Assembly: GCA_049802875.1 (NCBI GenBank)
Contig: JBARNH010000054.1
Span: forward strand, 12,393 to 76,392
Direction of reading: 5' to 3'
DNA from: Thermoplasmata archaeon
GTDB lineage: Archaea > Thermoplasmatota > Thermoplasmata > Lutacidiplasmatales > UBA184
Length of the DNA stretch: 64,000 nucleotides
Shown here: positions 8,843 to 16,914 of the stretch, piece by piece
Numbering within the stretch: position 1 is the first letter of the stretch
Layout: each line of letters begins with the position of its first letter
The notes under the pieces: model-generated
The model's database searches: none
Told to the model about the DNA's origin: nothing
The model's input: the letters and a program-made list of their open reading frames with translations, nothing else
Translations under genes and position numbers: made by a program

Positions 8843-9927
8843 CGCGGGGTTCCGAGCAGGGAGCCATCGATCGCCGAGATCTTCGTGCGGCCCGTAAGGG
8901 CCATCACGGTCGCGAGGTCGAGTTTGAGTAGGGCGATGAGACGGGCCACCCCGGCTTCTCCCCCCGCGGCGAGCGCCCAGAGGGCGGGGCGGCCGATCCC
9001 TACCGCATTGGCCCCGAGGGCCAACGCCATCAAGATATCGCTGCCGCGACGGATGCCGCTGTCGAAATAGACTTCGACCTTCGACCCCACTGCCTCGACC
9101 ACCCCCGGAAGCGCATCGAGCGCCGCGGGGGCTCCGTCGAGCTGTCGACCTCCATGGTTGGAGACGACCACCGCCCGCGCCCCGTGCTCAACGGCCCGTC
9201 GGGCGTCGTCGGCGGTCAGGATCCCCTTGACGACCACGGGGAGACGCGTGACGGCGCGCAGGCGGTCAACGATCTCCCACGTGGCGGAGGTCTCCCCTCG
9301 AAGCACGTAGTGGTCTCCCTCCAAAATGGGAGATCGAGACGCGGGGTGAATGTCGGGTCCGTTGCCGATCGGGGCGGGCGCGTCGACGGCGACCCGTCCA
9401 CGGACCTGTCGATCGCGGTTGGCCAGGACGGGCATGTCGACCGTCAGTACGATCGCACGATATCCCGACTTCTCGGCCCGTTCCACGAGCCGCTGGCTCG
9501 CGTCGAACTCGGGTTGCAGGTAGAGCTGGAACCACCGGAGTCCCGTCGTCGCCGCCTCGGCGATCGACTCCAGAGAACAGGTCGACAGCGTGCTGACGAC
9601 CGAGAGGAGGCCCGCGTCCCGCGCTGCGCGGGCCGTCGCCACTTCTCCCTCGGGGTCCAGGAGACCCTGATAGGCCGTCGGGGCGAGAAAGAACGGCGCG
9701 CTGACCGGCTGGTCGAGGATCCGCGAGTTGAGGTCGAGGGTATCGACCCCGGTCAGTACGCGCGGGCGGAGCGTCCGCCGATGGAACGCATCGCGGTTCG
9801 ACCGGAGGGTCGTTTCTTCTCCCGCTCCCCCCTGCACGAACGCCCAGACGTCTTCGGGCACTCGGGACGCCGCCGCCGCCTCGAGATCGCCCAATGTGAC
9901 GAAGCCACCCACGGTCTCTTCCGGCAC
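8833..9927 (-). CDS. FMN-dependent alpha-hydroxy-acid dehydrogenase/oxidase family (LldD/glycolate oxidase-like)
   Basis: VVKGILTADDARRAVEHGARAVVVSNHGGRQLDGAPAALDALP...YFDSGIRRGSDILMALALGANAVGIGRP. Starts at GTG and overlaps the next gene by 10 nt. Confidence 0.9.
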   Translation of the reverse strand: MPEETVGGFVTLGDLEAAAASRVPEDVWAFVQGGAGEETTLRSNRDAFHRRTLRPRVLTGVDTLDLNSRILDQPVSAPFFLAPTAYQGLLDPEGEVATARAARDAGLLSVVSTLSTCSLESIAEAATTGLRWFQLYLQPEFDASQRLVERAEKSGYRAIVLTVDMPVLANRDRQVRGRVAVDAPAPIGNGPDIHPASRSPILEGDHYVLRGETSATWEIVDRLRAVTRLPVVVKGILTADDARRAVEHGARAVVVSNHGGRQLDGAPAALDALPGVVEAVGSKVEVYFDSGIRRGSDILMALALGANAVGIGRPALWALAAGGEAGVARLIALLKLDLATVMALTGRTKISAIDGSLLGTPRWG

Positions 9928-9969
9928 CGTTTCCCTCGGCCGGCGTCGATGGTCCGCCGACTTCTTAGG

Positions 9970-11544
9970 CTAGGCTCCTCGGAGCGCGGTCAGTAGGGCC
10001 GTACCGTCCGGCGTGCCGAGGCCGGTACACGCATCCCACCCGGGACCCGCGGTGTATCCGCCGTTGCCGCCGGAGAGGACGGCGTGGAACGTCGCCGCGC
10101 CGTCCGGCCCGTAGAGCTGTGGATTCACGTACCCGACCGGCTTTCCGAGCAGTTGGTTGATGCGGGCGATCAGGGCCGCCCAGAGCGGTGCTACCGCGCT
10201 CGTCCCGCCGAGGACGGTTGGTGCCCCATCGACGAGGACCTGATAGCCGGTCGTCGGGTCCGCGTCGCCGGCGACGTCGGGGACCCCTCGGCCCGCGAAC
10301 CCATTCGGGGCCAAGGGGACGTGGGCTCCCGCTTGGAACGTCGGCAGAGCGAAGGCTTCGCTGATGCCCCCGCCCGTAGCGCCCTCGCCGGAGGCCAATT
10401 CGTTCCAGACCGATTCCACGCTAATGGTCGCCCCCGCGAGTACCAAACGCGTACCTCCGCAGCCGATCACGCCGGGGCTCGACGCCGGATAGTCGACACT
10501 CAACCCTCCGGACGCGCCTCCGTCATCCGCTCCGTTATCGCCGGAAGCGGCGAGAACCGTCACGCCGAGCGCCGCGGCATCGACGAAGGCGGCCTCGAAC
10601 GCGGCCCGTGCCTGCGCCGTCCACGACAGTTCTGGGCCGCCCCAGCTGATCGAGAGGATCGTCGGTCGGTTGGTCATGTCGTGGACCGCGGTCGAGACGG
10701 CGTCCAGAAACCCTTGGTCCGTGTTCGGGGCGAAATAGACGACGATTCGGGATCCCGGCGCCACCGATCCGACCATTTCGATGTCGAGTTCGACCTCGCC
10801 GTCGGGACCGTCCGCGCTCCCCGTCGGCACGTTCGTAGCTCCGTCCACCGAAACCGAAGTGACCGAGGGCGCGGCGGTGCCAAGTTGGCCGAAGTATTGG
10901 GTCAGGTCCGACGTGCGGTATCCCCCGCCCAGTTCGACGAGCCCGATGCATTCGCCCGTACCGTCGGCGTTGGGAGGGAACGAGTACGCGGTCGCAACTT
11001 GGAGTGGCGTATACGCGGGGTCGCCGGCGAAGCGCGCGGGTCGGACTCGAAAGTGGGTGGTGGCTTGCGGCCGATTGTCGAGGCCCAGCACCCCGAGCAC
11101 CCGGCCAGAGAGGCGGCGAGGAATGCGGACCGGTCCGACGCGCCCTCGATACGCACCTCCCGGGAATTCGAAGTGGCGTAGGTCCGTACCGAACGCCGCG
11201 CTCAGTTCCCCCACTGACCCTCCGAGTCGAACTGTTCGGGCGCCGGGGTTCTCCGACGCCACGCGGAAACGGTGGGCGCCTGCGAACTCCCGCACCGCAC
11301 TCAGGTCGTCCTCGCGGGCTCCAAATGTCGCGGCAAACTCCCCGCGCCCTAGGCGGCTCCGCGCGTTCAGGGGCGAGTCACCGTACTCCTTCAGCGATCG
11401 GATCGCTCCCCGTCGGGAATCCCGCCGTACGATCAGGGTCACCTCCGCCACCTCGCTCGGGTTCGCCGGCCCGGCGTCCCGCGCGTCGCGGTAGGGACGT
11501 CGCTCGCTACCGAGCAGGTCGACCAGACGGTCCTCAGGCTCCAT
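9970..11544 (-). CDS. S53 family serine-carboxyl peptidase (sedolisin/kumamolisin-like) with pro-domain
   Basis: The N-terminus resembles a pro-kumamolisin activation domain. GEVELDIEMV supplies the Glu/Asp of the triad, followed by SISWGGPE and GGTSAVAPLWAALIARI (catalytic Ser). No hydrophobic signal peptide is visible at the annotated N-terminus. Confidence 0.88.
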   Translation of the reverse strand: MEPEDRLVDLLGSERRPYRDARDAGPANPSEVAEVTLIVRRDSRRGAIRSLKEYGDSPLNARSRLGRGEFAATFGAREDDLSAVREFAGAHRFRVASENPGARTVRLGGSVGELSAAFGTDLRHFEFPGGAYRGRVGPVRIPRRLSGRVLGVLGLDNRPQATTHFRVRPARFAGDPAYTPLQVATAYSFPPNADGTGECIGLVELGGGYRTSDLTQYFGQLGTAAPSVTSVSVDGATNVPTGSADGPDGEVELDIEMVGSVAPGSRIVVYFAPNTDQGFLDAVSTAVHDMTNRPTILSISWGGPELSWTAQARAAFEAAFVDAAALGVTVLAASGDNGADDGGASGGLSVDYPASSPGVIGCGGTRLVLAGATISVESVWNELASGEGATGGGISEAFALPTFQAGAHVPLAPNGFAGRGVPDVAGDADPTTGYQVLVDGAPTVLGGTSAVAPLWAALIARINQLLGKPVGYVNPQLYGPDGAATFHAVLSGGNGGYTAGPGWDACTGLGTPDGTALLTALRGA

Positions 11545-11633
11545 GGTCGTCTCAGCTCCCGGGGTCGTAGACTTCGAGGATGATTACACTGCCCTGAAGG
11601 GCGGCCTCTTGACGTCGAAGCCCTTCGGGCAGA

Positions 11634-12557
11634 TCACTCCCCTTGACCCCAGCGCGTTGCCAAGCACCGGGTCATCGCGAAGAACGCCTCCGGCGGAAGT
11701 TGTTCCGGTCGCCGCGTCGACCAGTCGCTGGGCCAGCCGGCCTCCATGGCCAACCGCTGGGGGTCGCCGCTACGGCCGGTGAGGTGGGGCAGTAGGTTCC
11801 CGAGCTGCTTGCGTCGGGACGAGAAGAGAGTGCGCACGACCCGCTCGAAGTCGGCGATCGAGGAGACCGGGAGTCCGCCCGGTCGGGCGACGTGGACTCC
11901 GATGCGGCTCTCGACCTCGGGCTCAGGGACGAAAGCCGACGCGGACACCGTCCGGTAGAGCTCGACCGTCCCGTACAGCCGGGCGAGCAGGGAGAGACGG
12001 CCGTACTGTTTGGAACCGGGGGCCGCGGCGAGTCGCTCGGCGACCTCGCGTTGGATCAGGAACACCACCCGGGGAGTCCTCCGTTCGAGCACGCGGACGA
12101 GGATCGGCGTCGCGACCGAGTAGGGGAGGTTGCCCACAATGCACTCGGCGGGAGGCAATTCGACCGAGAGGGCGTCGCCGACCAAGACCCGGATCCGGTC
12201 CCCGAACGTCGACCGAAGGAATCCGGCGAGCCGGGGGTCTCGTTCGACGACGGTCAGCGGCCCGACTCCCCGGCGGAGCAGCGCCGCGGTCAGGATGCCG
12301 AGACCGCCGCCGATCTCCACGACCGGTCGGCCCGTCGGGACCTCAACGAGGGCGGCTTCCGCGTCTGCGATGAACGGGTCCGAGAGGAACGATTGGCCCC
12401 AGCCCTTCGACGGCCGGACCCCGAGCGAGGACAGGGAGCGCCGGATCTCTTCGGGATGCTCGGGAACGCCGAACTCCGAAAGTCGGGACCGGGTACGCGG
12501 GGACGAAGCGGCGGTACCCGCAGGTCGTTTCCGGACCATCTCGCGTCGCACGACCAA
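11634..12557 (-). CDS. rsmA: 16S/18S rRNA (adenine-N6,N6)-dimethyltransferase
   Basis: GQSFLSDPFIADA...VVEIGGGLGILTAALL...VVERDPRL...IVGNLPYSVATPIL is the KsgA/Dim1 signature. The longest ORF starts at TTG 12557. GTG 12551 sits about 26 nt from a TATA-like box. Confidence 0.92.
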   Translation of the reverse strand: MVVRREMVRKRPAGTAASSPRTRSRLSEFGVPEHPEEIRRSLSSLGVRPSKGWGQSFLSDPFIADAEAALVEVPTGRPVVEIGGGLGILTAALLRRGVGPLTVVERDPRLAGFLRSTFGDRIRVLVGDALSVELPPAECIVGNLPYSVATPILVRVLERRTPRVVFLIQREVAERLAAAPGSKQYGRLSLLARLYGTVELYRTVSASAFVPEPEVESRIGVHVARPGGLPVSSIADFERVVRTLFSSRRKQLGNLLPHLTGRSGDPQRLAMEAGWPSDWSTRRPEQLPPEAFFAMTRCLATRWGQGE

Positions 12558-12573
12558 TTCTGTCGGTTCAGCC

Positions 12574-12581
12574 TCTTAAGC
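12574..12581 (-). promoter_or_regulatory. TATA-like box (CTTAAG core) upstream of ksgA
   Basis: An AT-rich core in the 83-nt gap between the small membrane gene and ksgA, about 26 nt upstream of GTG 12551. Confidence 0.4.
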
Positions 12582-12640
12582 CGAGCCCATCACCGCCCCG
12601 GCGCGTACCGCCCGCGCGCAACCCGTACCGCACCGTACCG

Positions 12641-12853
12641 TCACTCGTTCGGAGGGGCCCGCGATCCCCACACGAAGAACGCGACGAGCGCGGCCACGAT
12701 CCCGAGCGTGGTCCCGAGGTCGCCGGCGGAGAGCGCCGAGTTGCCGGCAAAGTACGACATCTCCCACACCGCCCCAACCGCGGCGACGGCCGCCGCGACG
12801 CCGAAGGCGGCGAACGGACCGATGCCCTTGGTGGTCGGTGCGCTCTCCGTCAT
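12641..12853 (-). CDS. small two-TM membrane protein (70 aa), translationally coupled to the oxidase gene
   Basis: MTESAPTTKGIGPFAAFGVAAAVAAVGAVWEMSYFAGNSALSAGDLGTTLGIVAALVAFFVWGSRAPPNE. Its ATG overlaps the oxidase TGA (ATGA at 12850-12853). The 394-aa track ORF 12641..13825 is this gene plus a spurious Arg-rich extension. Confidence 0.6.
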   Translation of the reverse strand: MTESAPTTKGIGPFAAFGVAAAVAAVGAVWEMSYFAGNSALSAGDLGTTLGIVAALVAFFVWGSRAPPNE

Positions 12854-15570
12854 GGACCCTCCGCCCAGAGGACCCCCCAGAGCCCCATCACCCAGCCGGT
12901 TTGGACCCCGGTCTCGGAACCCGACTCGAGTCCGGGGTTGTACGAGTAATCGACCGGCTCGATCAGCCCGTAAAGGTAGACCCCGGGGGTAAGATTGGCG
13001 GTCAGTTTCACCACCTGGTCGATCACGAGCGGCGCGGTCACGACGGCGACCGGTCCGGCGGTCGAGCCGATTCGATAGATACCCATCGTGAACGGGAGAG
13101 TGTAGTTGTGCGCGATGACGTACTGCTGCTGCTGGTCCGGGGAAGTCGACGTGACGTTGACGAGGTAGTTGTCCGCCCCGATGCTCGAGAGCGGTACGGT
13201 CCACGCCAGCGTCACGAGGGTCCCGTCCGTCGCTACGGGGACCTCGAGGGTAGGGCCGGGAACGGAGTTGTTGAAGAGGCCCTCGGAGTCGCCCACGAGC
13301 GGACCGGGCCCCAGTGGCTGAACGGGCGGGTTGTAGATGTCGCCCAGACCGCCCGCCGAGCCGAACGCCGCGAGCGACGCCCCGGTCTCGTTCGCCGGCG
13401 GGAGCACCACGAGCGCGGTGACGTCCTGTCCGAACCAGGGACCATCGTACTCTCCGTCCGGAGCGCCGTAGACTCCCGGTGCCGACGGGGCCTGGAACTC
13501 CGCGTACGACTCGGAGCCCGGGACGACCTGCACGTCGACCACCGCCGCACTCCGGAACGGTAGCAGGAACGCCTGGGTGGCGCCCGAGGCCGTGAGGTTC
13601 AGCTGGACCCAGGTGCCGGCGTAGACGACCACCACGTTGTCGAACGTCCCGCTGATCGCGCCGCGTTCGTTCGCCGTCCAATAGTACTGGACCGCGAAGA
13701 GGTCGACGAACTCCGAGGCCGCGGGTTCCCCGCTCGTTCCGTTGATCGCGTTCCCGACCCCGAAGGCCCCCGGGGTGGCGGCGGCGAGCACCAGTGCGAG
13801 CAGGACCGTGACCGACGCGACCCATGCCTTCTCCGCGCGCTCGCGCCGAGCGCTCGGGATCCTCCGGACGAACGGAAGATCATCGATGGGGACCCGGTCC
13901 GCCCGGGGAGCCGTCGACTGGGCGGCCCGCCGGACGGCCTCGTCGAACGAGAGCCCCGACGCGCTGAACAGCTCGCCCCGAAAGACCGTAAGGAATCCGT
14001 TCGCGACGAGGAACAGCTGACCGACCAGCATCACGACGATGCCGCCGAACAGGACGAGTTGGTACATCGTGATCGTCGGGAGCAGGGGGAGGATGAACTC
14101 CCTCCGCAGCACGCCGAGGTTCCCGAGCTCGTCGAACGCGAGGACGATGATGATGCCCCCGACCATCGTGAAGAGGAAGTGCACCCGTGCCAGGAGCGCG
14201 GAGAACCACTGCCGGCCGGTCAGTATTGGGAAGAACGCGTAGATCAGCGCGTACGATCCGGCGACGATCGCGAGGATCGTGATCGCGTGGAAGTGCGACA
14301 GCACGAACAGGCTATTATGGACGTCAACGTCGAACGGGATGGTCGCGAGCTCCGGTCCGGTCAGCCCCCCGAAGATCGCCCCCGCGAACGACAGGAGCGC
14401 GAAGAGCGCCACCGCGTTCCACTCCCACTGGCTCCGCGGGACGCCTTTCACGGTCATCCAGACGGAGAAGAACGTGATCGCCGACGGGATCACGATCCCG
14501 AAGGAGAACGCCATCGTCAGCCAGGTCGACCACGCCGGGATCGGGGTGAGGTAGAGGTGATGCAGGCCGAGCAGCGGGGTCAGCACCACGAATCCGATTG
14601 CGGACGCGACCGCGTACCGGTAGCTGTAGATCGGCCGTCGCGCGAGGATCGGGATGAGCAGATACAGCTCGACGATCGGGATCAGGAACAGCAGGTAGAC
14701 GATCGAGTGCCCGAACATCCAGAAGATCACCTGGTTCGCGATCGGGCTGATCGCCCACCCGGCGTAGGCGGTCCCGATGTCCCAGATCGTCGAGACGACC
14801 ACCGGCACGTACGTCAGCGGCACCAGCACCAGCGTGCCGACGACGAACCACATGAAGACCGGGAACCGCCGTCCGACCGACTGAGGATGCGCGCGGTGCC
14901 AGTCGAGCAAGTGGACGACGACCCACGCCGCCCACAGGAGCACGGCCGCACACAGCGCGAGCCAACCGAGAAACCAGAGCGGGCTCACGACGTAGGCGCT
15001 ATGGCCGTCGACCCCGAGCGGTGAGAGGAAGTACCAGCCGACCGCCGGGAAGTAGTTGTCGTTGAACGGGAACAAGTAGACCGGTCCTTGGAGCAGGAGC
15101 ATCGACCCGTTCAGGAGCATCGCGACGGCGTAGAGGCTCCACTTGTGACGGGGGGTCACCCCGAGCCCGTTGACAACGAGGAGCCCGAGGACCGCGATCT
15201 CGATCTGCTGGGCGAATCCGAACAGCTCCCGGATCCCGTGCAGGGTGACCGACGAGTAGATCTCGACGTTCGACAGGTGCAGGGTCGACTGCGTCGCGTA
15301 GGCGACCACCTGCGTTTGGAACCCGAACGCATCGAAGCCGCCGACCGCGCCCCAGAACAGGCCCGCGATCAGCATCAGCATCGTGATGCGGGTCATCCAA
15401 TCGCGCTGGAGGAGGAAGACCCGGTCGAACAGCCGGAGCTTGGCGAGCCGCAGCCGGATCGCGTCCTCGGTGACGTCGAGGAACTGGACCAGGGCGGGCG
15501 GTCGTTCGAAGACCGGAACGCTCGGCTCTTCCGCGCCGGTCTGCGACGGACGAAGATCCGTTTCGGCCAC
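12850..15570 (-). CDS. heme-copper oxidase, subunit I fused to a CuA-less subunit II-like ectodomain
   Basis: 906 aa. All six canonical His ligands are present: H111 (VTLHG), H288 plus Y292 (WMFGHSIVY), H337/H338 (LHHLY) and H426/H428 (SHFHA). After a linker comes one TM helix (aa 582-603) and a cupredoxin-like domain in which every CuA ligand position is substituted. A further beta-rich domain of about 170 aa follows. Starts at GTG. Confidence 0.85.
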   Translation of the reverse strand: MAETDLRPSQTGAEEPSVPVFERPPALVQFLDVTEDAIRLRLAKLRLFDRVFLLQRDWMTRITMLMLIAGLFWGAVGGFDAFGFQTQVVAYATQSTLHLSNVEIYSSVTLHGIRELFGFAQQIEIAVLGLLVVNGLGVTPRHKWSLYAVAMLLNGSMLLLQGPVYLFPFNDNYFPAVGWYFLSPLGVDGHSAYVVSPLWFLGWLALCAAVLLWAAWVVVHLLDWHRAHPQSVGRRFPVFMWFVVGTLVLVPLTYVPVVVSTIWDIGTAYAGWAISPIANQVIFWMFGHSIVYLLFLIPIVELYLLIPILARRPIYSYRYAVASAIGFVVLTPLLGLHHLYLTPIPAWSTWLTMAFSFGIVIPSAITFFSVWMTVKGVPRSQWEWNAVALFALLSFAGAIFGGLTGPELATIPFDVDVHNSLFVLSHFHAITILAIVAGSYALIYAFFPILTGRQWFSALLARVHFLFTMVGGIIIVLAFDELGNLGVLRREFILPLLPTITMYQLVLFGGIVVMLVGQLFLVANGFLTVFRGELFSASGLSFDEAVRRAAQSTAPRADRVPIDDLPFVRRIPSARRERAEKAWVASVTVLLALVLAAATPGAFGVGNAINGTSGEPAASEFVDLFAVQYYWTANERGAISGTFDNVVVVYAGTWVQLNLTASGATQAFLLPFRSAAVVDVQVVPGSESYAEFQAPSAPGVYGAPDGEYDGPWFGQDVTALVVLPPANETGASLAAFGSAGGLGDIYNPPVQPLGPGPLVGDSEGLFNNSVPGPTLEVPVATDGTLVTLAWTVPLSSIGADNYLVNVTSTSPDQQQQYVIAHNYTLPFTMGIYRIGSTAGPVAVVTAPLVIDQVVKLTANLTPGVYLYGLIEPVDYSYNPGLESGSETGVQTGWVMGLWGVLWAEGP

Positions 15571-15731
15571 GGCCGTCTGCCGCGCAGCCCCTCACTGCGA
15601 CCGAGCCGCCGACTTATCTCACCGAGGAACGAACCCAGAGGTGGTTGGCCGCCGCCCGCGGGGCCCGTCGGTCGTTCCGGGGTCGGAGTCGACCGCCCGA
15701 ACGTACCGGCGCGCAGAAGGACCGGAGAACG

Positions 15732-16277
15732 TCAGGGGGCGACGAAGAGGCGGTACTTGTCCTCGACTCCGCTCAATTCCTGTTCTATGCGCCCGACGAT
15801 CAGTTTTTCGGGGCTCTTCAGATGGAGTCGCTGCTCGAGATCCGCAAAGCTCGCGAACGGAGCGCGCTTTCGCTCGTCCACGATCTGTTGCATCGTCTTC
15901 TTGCCGATCCCGGGAAGCAGCTCGAGGAGGTGGAACCGACGGGAGACCGCGGGCGATTCGTTGAAGAACCGCAGGTACCGTGGTTCGTTCGTTTGGACGA
16001 TCTTCTCGAGCGTCGTCGGGAGCTCCGACCGGCCCGAGACCGTGAGCTCGTCGTAGCCGATCCGGCGCCGCACGTGGTCGATCGGGGGAACCGTACGCTC
16101 GACGGGTACGAGGGGGATGCGTCCTCCCGGCACCAGCTTCGCATTGGGGCGCGGAACGAGCTCGAAAAGCTTCAGTTCGTCCTCGCCAATCGCCAACGCG
16201 AGGGGCTCGCGGTGGAACCCGCGCTCAGTCTGGCGGCCGTTCGGCAGGTAATCCAGAATGTAGGCGTAGTTTTCCAT
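15732..16277 (-). CDS. DUF655 family protein (archaeal OB-fold/HhH putative RNA-binding protein)
   Basis: MENYAYILDYLPNGR...LELLPGIGKKTMQQIVDERKRAPFASFADLEQR. It sits in the conserved position next to rpoF and rpl21e. Confidence 0.8.
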   Translation of the reverse strand: MENYAYILDYLPNGRQTERGFHREPLALAIGEDELKLFELVPRPNAKLVPGGRIPLVPVERTVPPIDHVRRRIGYDELTVSGRSELPTTLEKIVQTNEPRYLRFFNESPAVSRRFHLLELLPGIGKKTMQQIVDERKRAPFASFADLEQRLHLKSPEKLIVGRIEQELSGVEDKYRLFVAP

Positions 16278-16292
16278 GGGCCGAACCCCCGA

Positions 16293-16607
16293 TCATCGGT
16301 GCTGCGCCACGATCTCGAGGAGTCGCGTGATTTGCGCCTCGTCGAGCACGACCCGCTCCTTCGAGAACAGGAGTCGGATCTCCTCGGGGTACTGGGGCAG
16401 GGTGTCGGCGACCTTGACCGCGACGGTCGCGTCGACGTAGGGAAGCGTCCGGAGCTCCGCGATCAGTTTGTCCGTCGCTTCGGTCGAGAGTCGGGCGAAC
16501 AGCTCGGCGTGCTGAAGGGCCAAGCCGGCCTCGCGGGGCAGCGTCCGGTGCGTCGCCTCGTCGGTTAGGAGGTCCTTCACCCGGGAGAGGGAGACCGGTT
16601 CAGGCAT
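16293..16607 (-). CDS. rpoF: DNA-directed RNA polymerase subunit F (Rpo4)
   Basis: 104 aa. The helical HRDC-like pattern VSLSRVKDLL...HAELFARLSTEATDKLIAELRTLPYVD... fits, as does the conserved position after rpl21e (8-nt overlap). Confidence 0.8.
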   Translation of the reverse strand: MPEPVSLSRVKDLLTDEATHRTLPREAGLALQHAELFARLSTEATDKLIAELRTLPYVDATVAVKVADTLPQYPEEIRLLFSKERVVLDEAQITRLLEIVAQHR

Positions 16608-16914
16608 CGGCGCCTCCGGCGACTGGCACCGGCAGGAGGTGAACAGGGGTCGCGATCAGCTCCTTGCGCTTCCCGCCGTCGAGGAACTGGATCCGATACG
16701 CCCGTCCCGACCGGGCGACCACCGTGCAGACCCGACCCTGGTAGCGGGGATGAGGCTGCCCGTGAGGGTCGGACGGCTCGATCCGGACGATCACTTTCTC
16801 GCCGACCGTGAACTCGCGGAGGAACCGGGTGACCGGCGGGAGCCCGCGTTCGCGCACCTTCTTGGTGAAAACGCCCCGGGAACGGGAGCGGAACCCCTTG
16901 GAGCTCTTGACCAT
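16600..16914 (-). CDS. rpl21e: 50S ribosomal protein L21e
   Basis: MVKSSKGFRSRSRGVFTKKVRERGLPPVTRFLREFTVGEKVIVRIEPS...GRVCTVV is the classic L21e N-terminus. Confidence 0.95.
   Translation of the reverse strand: MVKSSKGFRSRSRGVFTKKVRERGLPPVTRFLREFTVGEKVIVRIEPSDPHGQPHPRYQGRVCTVVARSGRAYRIQFLDGGKRKELIATPVHLLPVPVAGGADA

Noticed and set aside
7520-9070. 516-aa plus-strand ORF, plus similar long ORFs at 49635..51185(-), 57674..59092(+), 58955..60307(-), 40447..41688(-), 35311..36513(-), 48150..49526(+), 60297..61466(-) and 3992..4993(-)
   Set aside because: Each overlaps, antisense or in a shifted frame, a gene with clear family signatures. All are Arg/Pro/Gly/Ser-biased and have no domain pattern I recognise.
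14059-15024. 321-aa highly charged (D/E/R/H-rich) ORF that looks superficially like an acidic repeat protein
   Set aside because: It is the antisense reading of the hydrophobic heme-copper oxidase gene. Codons for Leu/Val/Phe/Gly on one strand give Glu/Asp/Arg/His-type codons on the other.
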